Source: Balanoglossus misakiensis
Lineage: Eukaryota > Animalia > Hemichordata
NCBI GenBank assembly: GCA_040954595.2
Contig: CM082576.2
Location: 2,950,760-3,014,759 of the forward strand
Direction of reading: 5' to 3'
DNA: 64,000 bases
Below, piece after piece: positions 1 through 11,808 of this stretch (position 1 is its first letter; each line of letters opens with the position of its first letter). The position numbers and the translations under genes were made by a program. The notes below the pieces were generated by a model. The model was not told the origin of the DNA. It did not search any database and saw nothing but the letters and a program-made list of their open reading frames with translations.

Positions 1-2652
1 TCTGAAATGGGACATTCCGATTCGAACATAAATTGTTTATTACTCTGTAGTGACAAGTACAATCACCTATATACAAGATACGTTGATATCACAGTGAAAC
101 AAGATATAGCTATGTTTTTTTTCTCTGAAATATGCGTACGCATATATTCAGATGTTGAGATAACTTCGGATAGACTTGGGCGGTATTGACAGCACCTAGC
201 CCGATTACTTGTTAAAAGCATTAGCGGTATTCGGCCTTTGTATATAACACAACAGCAGAAGACTTTGAGAGCCATAGATACAGGTCGGGATATCAAAATG
301 TCAAAAAAGTGTCTGAAAACTCGGCTGATTAACCCCCGCACTCTGTCTATCTGCCCGCCGCGACAGGGAAACCCCGAGAGAGTCTAGAGTAATGGTGCTA
401 ATGTTATCTGTGCGCTGGTCTCGTGGGGGTCTTCGGCGGTGGGGGAAATCGGAGGAGAAACGATAAAAAAGGCACTCTCAGGTCTAGACGCCGCAGATTA
501 CGGATGCCAAATGCTAATGACGCGAAAGGCAGGTCAAGCGAAAACTATCAATATAAAGAAACACAACCAACAGCTGCAAAAAGGGGTTAGAAACAGATCA
601 ACAAACGGGAAGTGACAGTCATAAAATGTATTAATGCCATCGGAAGATTGTCTTAATAGTTAAGCTTAGATTCTGCGGCTCGTCGTAGGAATCACGTGTT
701 TGCCGGAACGGAAGATAAACCGTATTGCCTTAGGCAAATGCAGACAATGGCTCGTCTGGCAATGGCTTTCTGAACGAGCACTCTCACTTTCGACCTACTT
801 TCTGGTACAGTTGCTGACTTATCGAAGCTGCCGTTTCCCTCATCATCTGGGTTAACCCCCCCCCCATTATGCACACATGGTCGTTCCCGACACTCAAGGC
901 AAATGGCAAATGAAGCTAACGTAACAATTTGGTACAGTCTCAAAGAACTACCAAAGGTGAAACAGAATCTTGCGAGATGAATCACTTTCTCTAGAGAAGC
1001 AGTGTTGCATTCAGACAGAGACTTCTCGCCCTGAAAACATCTAACAAAGCCCTGCGGATCGGACAGCGAAGATCAATATATGCGATACCATCGACGAGTT
1101 GTTAGAATTACATAAACCCGGCGGAGACCTCACAATTACAGACAAAAGTGTGTAGCAGATACAAGAATTCATTCCCATGGGTTATATTGTATTTGTTTCG
1201 CCTGCCCGGCGACAAAATATGCACGTAACAGACTGTTCTGACTTTCATGGCGCGAGAATGCCATGCAGATAGGCGATTTTCCCCTCAAGATCAGCGGAAC
1301 TGCTCAGGAACCCAATCCTGCAGAAAACTGCCTCCTAATAGCTCATACAAAGTATGCGTACGCTTGTCGGAGTGATAACATCACACGCCATCATAGTTGC
1401 GAGACATGTTTCATTTGCAAAATGCAGGCTTTTTACAACGTATAGTTGCATGATATACGCCCGCTGGGTATAGTCCGTCGGCTGTTTATCTGCTACATTG
1501 GTGGTGAGTACATGAGCAATTGAACGATTCTTTCGCTTCGATGGAGGTTGTCCTGAATCAGAAAAGTACAAGCATGTATCTCTTTTCTGCTAACCCTTCT
1601 GCAAGACCACACCAGGTCCATTATACCTTCAATTTTGCTCGATGCACGGTGGAAGCTTTAATGTTAGATAATAATATTCCACGTGGCATCCACACGACTC
1701 GCAGACAATTTCGCACTTAAGGGGATGAAGTTCTTCATATCGGAAAATGGCGCCTCTGTGCGTTGTGGCATCATTGTCTTCTCGTAACCAGGACGGCAGG
1801 GAATCGTCGTTAAAACACTTTTTTTCCGCGCCATCAATCACTAGACTTCGATATTAGCGTCACTGGGAATAACGAGAGACACGTTCTCGAATATGTACCT
1901 TGTCAATAGAAAACTGACTTGGCCATGTTTACACCGGCAGTATATCCAAACAGCGAAATATTCAAGTGGCTATAAAAGTAAGTTCGCTTTCAAAATCTAA
2001 CCTTTTCCTACATAAAACTGATCGTAAAAACGTTCAGATTTTTGTTAATGGTTAATCCCTCGACACACTTTCTCCTGTAAACACGGCTGGTGAAGTTTGC
2101 TGTAGACAATGCACGACCATGATGCAATAATTGCCCCGCAAAATGAGCAATATGCTTCTTTCGTGAGAAATGGTCACGCATAAAGACAGAACCATGGACT
2201 GTACTGTTTTAATTGTTTGACTTGCATTTAATCTTCGAGAACACCCGGATACGGCGGTTGTTTTGCCTCGGAATGAAGCTGTGTTTCAAGATGGGCACGG
2301 GAACACTTTTCTGGTCCAAACCACCAACCGTTACCGATGACGTGGACAGCAACAATACACACCTCAGTCCCTTGATGGGTCTGAGATCACACAATTGATT
2401 CCACTCAGGCTGTTCATGATGCGATATCAAAATATCTGGCTATATAATTATTACATGGCAATTTGTTCTAAAACATACTCCACAGACAGAACTTAGATAA
2501 AAAATTAAACTCACCACTGGCAGAATTCTAGGCAACCCCTCCGATACCAATTCTTGTACCAATCAGCATACAACGCATCAAGGTGGGAGGACGAATTAAT
2601 CGGAAATGTCTACAGGAAAAGAAAAGATGGTATATATATTTACGCCATAGTT

Positions 2653-2665
2653 TGACCTCTGACCT
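2653..2665 (-). promoter_or_regulatory. Perfect DR1 nuclear-receptor element (AGGTCA-G-AGGTCA on minus)
   Basis: The plus strand reads TGACCTCTGACCT. DR1 is the established site for COUP-TF, RXR, HNF4 and TR2/4-type receptors. Function is untested. Confidence 0.4.
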
Positions 2666-3892
2666 GTAATTTATAATATATCGATCGCCTGGTCTTCAAT
2701 CACAGAATCGATTCGTCACTCGCGAAGAGAAACGCTGCGGTCAATTAGAACTCCAATGAAAAGCGCCTTTCAACATTTGGCCAATATTGTCCCAAATTGG
2801 CCTTTGGGTTTTAATGAAACCCGTGCCTTTCATTTAAAGAGACAGCGATCATGCCTGTTTGCTATCTATACACATCGTCGCACGGCATCGGCATCGACCG
2901 ACGGCAATCGGGCCACATCTGCGCGGATGTCGTTAACGGCACAGGACAGATTAGTGGGTCATTAAAGGCATGATCTGAAATGGCAGAACCTTGTTTTGTC
3001 TCATTTAAAGCCATGGCAAGACAGACGTACCCGGCCAATTCATCTGCCAAAGCAAATACGCGGGGGGTATTGATCAAGTCTAAACTCCGATGAGCAAATT
3101 CAATGAAGGTTAATGTTTAACGGTTTTCCGTTGAATGGAAAGTTGACGACTGTTTCCCTGTTTGTTGACAGCATTACGTTTGACTCCCCCAGCCGCAACG
3201 CGTGGGGCATATGTTACATCAAACGTCTGCGGACGCGCTCTACCAAGTTGTACAAAATGAAGCCGCGCCATTCATCAATCTCGCAAATGATGTTGTCTGC
3301 GCTTGGGAGAATGAATGATTTATCGCTGGGATATTTGTAGAGAAATACAACAGTACGTGTTTGCGTAGTAGTTATAATACGGCGGCACAAGATAAGATAC
3401 CCCAGTGCTTCAAAGCAGCACGGGAATTCCCCCACGGATTTTTCAATACGTCTGCAAAAGGGTTCCGCAATAAACGACCGAATATTGGTAGTTTTCGGAA
3501 CGGCTTTTGGGGCGGACGAAGAAAGGATTACCGATTGCACATCTATGAACTAAACAACTCAACCTATTTCGTGAAATCATAGTAAGAAGTTGATAAAAGT
3601 TTATATAAGAATCTAGTCGCACAAGATATTGTGTCTTTGATGGTGCCAGCTGCCACGCCAGTGAAACCATTTGGTAACATTATTTTAACGGATGGGGGTC
3701 GTCTGAAGTGCACATGCGTGTCTTTTCAGCATTGCTCCCGCTGTTTAGGGAGACCCAACCAACCAATAATGGTAACGCAAAGCAACAACCACACTGTTTG
3801 CAAGGATGTACATTGCAGCAGTTACTCTTTTACTGACTGGCACCTGTTTCATACCCGCTACCGCAGACGAGACGACACGGGCCCTTTTGTAA

Positions 3893-3908
3893 CCCCCCCC
3901 CCCCCCCC
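3893..3908. repeat. poly(C) tract, 16 nt
   Basis: Read directly from the sequence. Confidence 0.9.
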
Positions 3909-6900
3909 GACTATACAGGAGTTTCGGGAATGAGAAAACAAAGAAGGCGGCGCGATTACTCCTGACAAATTTAATTACACGGACGATTGTTAATTTCGTG
4001 ATTAATGCGGAACGCTTGTTAAAACGTCACGCTAGACCATCGCTCATGCCGTCCCGTATTATCGTCGGTTATACAAGCGTAATGAATTCTTCATTTCAAT
4101 CACGACAATCCAGAAGATTCTCACTCATTTGTTCAGTCCAACTCAATACGTCTAGGCATTGCTACTCTTCCGCGTACACCCGGACAAATAAAATTCAATT
4201 AAAACTAAATCTAGGATTCGTCACGCTATAAAGTTAGCGAAATGTAATCATCATTATGTTACTAATATTCCCATGTGCACAAATCAGAGTGCACTGAATT
4301 CGAACTCTGGTTGAACAGGATACATGTAGATATTCACTCGCAGATAAAAAATGGCACCACTTCACTTGTTTGAATAATAATTCATTTTGCGGCAACAAAG
4401 TGTATGTCCCTCTGCCAATGTGCTTGAGCTATTGTCTGTAGGCCGATGTTCATTTTACCCGCCAATGATTTTGATTTTCGCTGTTCACAACGGCGGAAAG
4501 GGACTATCGCTCAATAACGATTCATGCTGTCGTCTTTAAACGGGTTACAGTCAAGTGCATTTTGAGTGATTGTGTTTATTCTCAATCAATGCGGGATGTG
4601 TGCCCGTTCTACGGCCGCTATGTTAAAGGTACACTTAGCACCTATGCAAATTTAGTCGGTTTTCACTTGGGTGGCCACGCGAATCGGAAAAAAGTACGCC
4701 ACCACATGGTCCTCACTGGTGGCGTTAGGCGTCTTCGAGAAAGCGAGAATGGCTATTTCGGCAACACAGCGACCTCCTTGCATTAACCATGGCCGCGTGA
4801 GAATGTTGTATTAACGACGCACAGGTCTTTTTTTCACCGATTGATAAAAATCTTGAACCACACACATCAAGAAGTAATCCCCCAAAAGAGGGGGCCATGT
4901 TGAACTTTAATGTTCAGATGCTGACTTGCCGATACCCAGACGGCATTTCTGGCGTATCTTCGTATAATGGCCAGTTTTGAAGTACGATACCATCAAATCG
5001 GCGGAATACAACAATTGAAACTAACATTTGCTTTTCCTTATCTACCGAGATGGTAATCGGTAATTTCTCTTAATGTGATCTCTGACGTCACCGACGATAC
5101 AATCAGCGTTCCGAAATGGATATTTTCCACTTTAGTACCAGATGTTAATTGCGAGCCGTTCGGACGGTTAATGTGTTCCACGTCAAAAAAATATCACGCG
5201 CCGTAATTAATTGTATGTTTCTCGTTTATCACAGAAAAATAACGTTTTAAGTATCAACCCAACCCGGGGAATACAATTTGCCAACTCTAAATCAAAGGAT
5301 AATGCATGCCTAAGCCTTTTGGTATAAATATGAAAAAAATATTAAAAATGATTTATCTTGTTATGATTGGTAACATTATTAATTTCGATAAGCACATGTT
5401 ACGGAAGCAAATATGTTAAAAGGTTGCTTTTAAGTCATACGTTCGCCTTTTAAATCATTGCATTTGACAAAAACGTGCACGTGCTAGTATGATTGAATGA
5501 TACCCTCGTCTTTTTGCTTTTTGCTTAACTACACGGAGGTTAAAAATAATTTGATCTTGGCAGGGAGAATTCTTCGTTACCTTGCTCTAAAGAACGTATA
5601 CGTGATATAAGTAAACAATGGGCCACAACACGATTTTCTCTGTTGGAGGGCAAATATAATATGTCTCACATTTCTATATTAAACATATCATCTGCCTCAT
5701 ACTACGATAATTACCTAGCATAGCGCGAACCATCTTGATACACGCAGGGAACACAGCGAAAGGCTGTGAAGACACCGTTTGTCATATTGACTGATGCGTA
5801 CCGAAGGGAAATGTATTTGCTGTAATTAAGTGGACGAAACGTACACGCCCTCCATTGTGGCAATTAATTAAGTGTAGAATCAGGTAGGCTTAATGATAAA
5901 GCATGAGCCGTGTAAATGCGCTACAACAAATGGATAAATCACTTCATTTAGAACATTGTGTCAGCTTGTTGTATGCGCCCCTCGATTTTACTTGCGTCTT
6001 TTGGAATTAGGGTCGTGAAACCCCGGCAACTTAGCACGCCACAAGGCAACTCACGCGACGGGGATATTTTTCTTTCTACGTGGTTAATTGGTTGAAATAC
6101 AACCACAAGAACATGTATTTTAAATAACAGCTAACAAAATGAACACGATGTCCTATTTTAAGTTTCCTTTTCTGGAATGTGTGTTGCAAGCTCTCGATGC
6201 TGTTGTTCGCAAAATAAGTGTATTAAAGTACTTGGCTTGCTCTATCATATGAAAAATAATAAGCAAACATAAAATAGGCTGGCAATTACAAATTGTACAC
6301 GTGGATTGGCTCAAGATCAGCACAGACGAGATTGACACTAAAATAGAAAGCAGTGTTTTTATACTGTCCCCCACTGAGCCAAATCCGTTCGGATGTATGT
6401 CGCTTTAGTTTAATTACGGTTTTCTGTAACGTATCGAGGGTGCCATGCTCAGAAATCGATTTAGCATCCCATTCGGGTCGTTATAATTCAGGTGGCAAAT
6501 GGTACGTCGGTTACAACGGATTAGGAAGTCGTAAAATCAAAGTCTTGCAGATTTGCTGCTGATTGTAATAGTGAGTATTTTTTTTGTAAAACATACTGTG
6601 CCAACTGTGTCTGCCACTGAGGGGTGACATGAACACTCTCAACATCTACCGGTTGGTCGTGAAAAGCTACTTTCCAAACAATAACAGTAAATCGCAGCTG
6701 ATAAAGCTATGACGCATAGATCATCGAGAAACGGCCCCATTCTTCACGGAAAGTTAATCATTATGGAAGTCAGCCTTCTTCGGGAATCAACGCTAAGCCA
6801 TTGCGGCTGCGATTGTAATTTGCGGCTGACTAATTTTCACCGTTTCTCCAGAAGCCCAAATGATGATGACGTTAATTTCGGGCGGTGTTTTCCTAAACCG

Positions 6901-9900
6901 TAAACACTTATACTGGCTGCTGGATTAAGGGCTCTCGAAATTAGGGCCAAAGTCGACCGTCACCTTTTCCCGTACTCAGCGAAAAGGCAAATAACATCTG
7001 AGTCATCGAGAAGTCGCTTTGACAAGAAAGAAGAGAGCGAGAGACACGTTGTAAGGTCATTGCGGCACTATCGTGGTCGTGGTAACATTACCATCGAGTA
7101 TCCCTGGACGGTGACGTGACCAGGCATACTCTACAAGCCCCACAGTGCCAATTTGGAAACCAGTGCCAGCCCTGTATAATGATTTACACCCGAATAAACT
7201 TTATGAATTCTCCAGATAATTTGATTTCGTCATATTATGCGCCGTCATGATTTGTAATTTGCACAGAGCTTTGGCGGTACACCGGCGAATCCACACGGCA
7301 CGATAATCTTTTTACGACGCTTTAATTTTAATGAACAAAAAAAGACAACGTGCAATCAAACATCACAAGGCGTATAGACATCCACATCTATTTTTAATCT
7401 CGAAAAGTGCATTCCTCGAGGTGATAAAGTATTGATGTTTCTTTCCAAACTGTGTAATGTATTTTTTGTCAAAAAGTCACATTCTCCGTATCTTGTTCTT
7501 TTACAACAAACCAAGTTGTAAACTCAAGCTTCGGTGTATACATACATACATAATACATTGTACAGTTGCATAAAGTTACTTCAGGAATGTAATTCTAGAA
7601 ACCTGAAGATAACGCATTGTATATTGAAAGATAAAGGGAAAATTTATCACTCTAGCCGATACTTTGTGAATAAAACTGTAAAATTGAATGAGCAACGTGT
7701 TTTATTTTCCCCCTTTCGACCTACAGATTGATAAGGCTGACCCGTCAGTCATAATGCGACGGTCAAATTACTAATAGCGGTGTCTCTGTATATCAATGTT
7801 ACTATATCTAGCCCCGTAATCAAATTTTATTAATCAATATATGATTAATGTTTCGCAGAGGAAAGTACAGCGGAATTGATATGCACCGTATCCCGTAAAA
7901 CACGCATCCTGGTTTCGTTGCCGGGATACGCTCGGAGAACATAAGCCCGGGGCAGAGGATTGCATAACGAAGGGTCGGTGAGGAAACGACCGCGGTCGCC
8001 ACGTCAGCATAATTGGGGTTGCTGGGGCTTTGAACGGTAACCGCTACTAGACGTACACGGGGTAGACTGCTCTATAACTTCTCGCCCCGAGCATATTTCA
8101 GCCTGTGAGGCCTATGACGCTTGTCTGGAAATAGAAGTTTTCATTCACCCGCTTTTAAATTGTGCATCGCATCGGAATTGGAAACACATACTCTTTTTTT
8201 ATTGTGCCGGCTTCAGCGTTTCCGATTTTGAAAAGTGAACGGTCCCCCGTGAAGGCATATGACGAGATTGCTCAATATTTTGTCAGCTTCAATGCAGAAT
8301 CGATGATGAAATGTTCACGACTAACACCATGACAGAATATATACTTAAAAACTGAAGGCAGTTTAAATGTCGACTTAATTGAGTTTTGTTGTGGTCCGTT
8401 TAAAGCAATTCCGAAGCGCGCTTTCAGCATTTCAATGAATGTATAACCTTCCTTCAAAGTCTGCCTTCAAATTTTATAGTGATGCTGTCACCAAGACGCT
8501 TCATCACTTGTGTGACAATCAATTCAATTTAAGTAGTAAATGCGTCGTGTATCTAAAATGTTTTCTTTTAACTTCGTATTGTACGTACGCCCTCTCTTTC
8601 AGTGCTGATCCCTTTTTTATTTGCCCGTCATTCAAGTTCTTTCTAAACTAAATCGTTGCTCGTCTCTGTCAAGAACGTTCCCCAGAAGATTAATTATGAT
8701 TTGGCAAGCTGACTATTACAGTTGTCCCCATCGGTCCGTTGCTATTTTTTACGATACACACTGGTAAGTTTAAAGGTAACTCGCATTGTATCGATGCTGT
8801 GCGTCGATCAAGAGTCACTGTAGAAGGATGAATCCCCACTGCCAGGCGCACACATAACATTCTCTATCTGAGCATCAACTGTTGTCGTTAGCGTTGGATT
8901 CATGAAAATAAGTATTGCTGTCAGAGCCCATATTGAATTAGCCTCGGGCCGAACAAAGTAATAAACTAATAATTGATTTTACTGACAATAATGTCAACAG
9001 CGCAGCCACAGCAACGATAATACTTCCCATTTGTTGGGGCTCCCTGCAGTGCCAGTCGATCGCAGGATGGTGTACTGGTATGACATGCCTTATTGCACCT
9101 GTGTGCAGTGCGTACCCTAACTCAACAGTTTGGGCAGCATGTGCAAAGATATACCATCTGAGATACAGGGCGCACTTTAACAGTGGTGGGCACATGTTAC
9201 ATCGCGTCATGCATAGCGATTCGTCCCAATTTGCTTACAGGCAGAACCCACACGTTTACAAAATCATAATAGGGGTTACCGTGTGCCTGAATTTGACACC
9301 ACCAAATTTAAGAATTAGTACCGTTCACACTGAAGGAAACATGTTTCCCTAAAATACTGACAGTTTAGGATTCTGACCGTCCTCGTTTTCATGAGCTATA
9401 TACTGCGCGCCGAACAGCGTAAAATTTGCTGACGAAAAAATTAACCAACTACTATAGCTTTAGACTGTGTTGATTGTAATCTCAGAAGTTTATAGGTCCA
9501 CGGTCACCGTGATAGGTCACATAACTTATAGCTACGTCACGTGAGCAACATGTCAATAGCAGCTGAAATATTTATGTAAATTTATTCTGGACAGAGACGA
9601 CAAAGAAAGGAAACAATGTGTCATTACGTAACAGCTGTGCCGGGTATCGGTGTTGTCGGTGGTAAAAACTGGCCAGATGAAGTTGCTGTATTAATTTGCG
9701 TACTTTACGCGGGGCAAGTCGGGTCGGTGAACAAGTTTGGTAAGGCCCAGAGTAGATCAGTATAGAAAGCCATTTGTAACATCTGCGCAGAGACCTTTAC
9801 CCATGTCAAAGTTTGTTACGGCAATCAAGGTGATACTCGGTCGTACACGTCAAATGTTCATTCGTTTAACTCGGCCTTACACAGATCTGTGGCACATGTG

Positions 9901-11525
9901 GGCGGAATCGTGGGCGTTTTGATAATGTCATATTTCAAATACAGCTTCAGGTCGTGCCCATGATTGAAAACAAAATATTCACACGGCTCTCAAATCTATG
10001 CCTATTCATCTCTACATGGCGAGCTTTAAAACGCTCACATGCCAACTTCATGCATGCGGCGACAAAATTACGCTTGCCATCAGCAAAATACATTGGCCCG
10101 CGAACGTAAGCGAAATCCTACCGATGTGCAAGGAACGTCGCGGAGCATATCCTGAGTCGTGAAGTGTCGATGTCGTTGGTTGTAATGGCATAGGTATACC
10201 TAAACGAATCACGCTGATAAACAAGCATTTATAAACACAAAACATACATCTATCGTCTGACAGGACATGATGAATTGCACGTCAACAAGTGACGTATTTT
10301 ACTGGGCCAGCATAAGCCAACAAGACAAACAGCCACATGCTTTCGTCGCCGGAATGACTAGCACAGGGCTTGGCGACACTGACACGTCAGCCAGACGACC
10401 AATAACAAACCATGTATCCATAGAAAAACACAATATTTCCTCTGCACTTTGCAGTAGTGTGTGGACTCTTCGAAAGCAAACGTTTTTATCCACGCTAACT
10501 ACCGTATTTTTATTGTACAAGCTTTCCTGTTTTGAAAGGCAATATTGTGAACATACAACGGGATACATTTAGTGTAGAGTAAAACGTGAGCCAACAGAGT
10601 GGGTTAACTCAATCTCGGATATATTGAAAATTTATGATGTTTGTGTGCATATACGTGGCGAATTTTGAGGACGGCATGACTCCACGATGTTTCTGATAAA
10701 ATGAGCGGAGAAAATGTGATTGATATTATGATATGTGATCTGGACCTGACCGGTTTATGATTAAGACATCAATATTAATTTCCAGTTGAAGGATTATGTT
10801 TATTGTGACAATATCTATAACCCAGCGAAGTGAACCCATGCAGAAGTCTCTATCTATATCGAACATGCGTGTTTGGTTATCAGTGCCGTCTGCTTTCGCT
10901 GATGGCGCTGTGTAGTGGTTGCGAGAAACGTTTCTCGGCGACTCGGAGATGGCGCTTTTCCATAATTTGAATATTGATTATTGATCATTTGATTATTGGT
11001 ATTTTAAGCACATCTTGGCGATAAAGTTACATTTATGCCGGCTCGATTTTCTATTTTGGATGTGTCAATGTGTGCCATTCATGCGGATTTAAGAAATGCC
11101 ATATGAAATGGCTACCACACGTTTTTGACGGGTTTGCTGAAGAAAACATCAGGGCTATCCTCAGTGCTCGACACTACATTGTGATCTTGAAATTTCATTT
11201 AACAGCATTTCGTTATACGCGCAGAATTAAGCTTTCCACGAAATCGCTACTTCGAATCTGTTTCACCCGATTTTGAAATCGCCGTTGATGACGCACTTTT
11301 GCGGGATATTCACCAATGTATATTTGGCGTCTGTGCGTCGGCTGGAGATGCACACAAAATAAATGGGGGAGATATTTTGACTGCTTGTCTGACTTGACAG
11401 AACAAATACTTCTTTAAAACAGCAAAACCGTGGGAGTAAACATGTATTCACGTGTCTATAGGTCCGCTGAAAATAATTATCAACTAGTCATTTAAGATTT
11501 TCTTGAAAAGAATGTCGAGTCTTAC

Positions 11526-11752
11526 CATTCTGTGTGCCCGACGCGATTCTGACTGGTATCTGTATGCGATTCGATCCGTTCACTTTCATCGTCCTCTGAA
11601 CTGCTGGTACAATACGGTTCGAATTGATATGGCTCGATTTCTTCACAATAAGTATTCTTAGGCAACAACTGGAATGAATCGTTACTGTTGTCATCTGAGA
11701 AAACGATCGACTGTTCAAAACTTTCGGAGCTCTGGTCACTGTAGTCGGCCAT
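11526..11752 (-). CDS. First coding exon of a KolX / P2X7-intracellular-(ballast)-domain-like (Nanor-like) protein, probably transposon-derived and orphaned
   Basis: The ATG is in good context (acaATGG). It is followed by 75 open codons, acidic and Ser-rich, containing IEPYQFEP and ending NRVGHTE-W. The Trp codon is split TG|GTAAGA by a canonical donor at 11525. PYxFEP...R(L/V)GxxxW-CxCxxC is, from my recall of the family, the N-terminal signature of P2RX7-C-terminus-like/KolX proteins. No convincing downstream exon was found in the window. Confidence 0.65.
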
Positions 11753-11800
11753 TGTAGCGATAGGCGTTGACTGCCCCACACTGCATATTCGTTCTACTTG

Positions 11801-11808
11801 TGACGTCA
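11801..11808. promoter_or_regulatory. CRE palindrome TGACGTCA about 50 bp upstream of the KolX-like ATG
   Basis: Read directly. The position is consistent with a promoter for the minus-strand exon. Confidence 0.45.

Noticed and set aside
9020-9100. Possible exon 2 for the KolX-like gene on the minus strand (AG|G TGC AAT..., WHCRE in another frame)
   Set aside because: The acceptor is poor, a frameshift is needed, and the CxCxxC motif is missing. It is probably chance.
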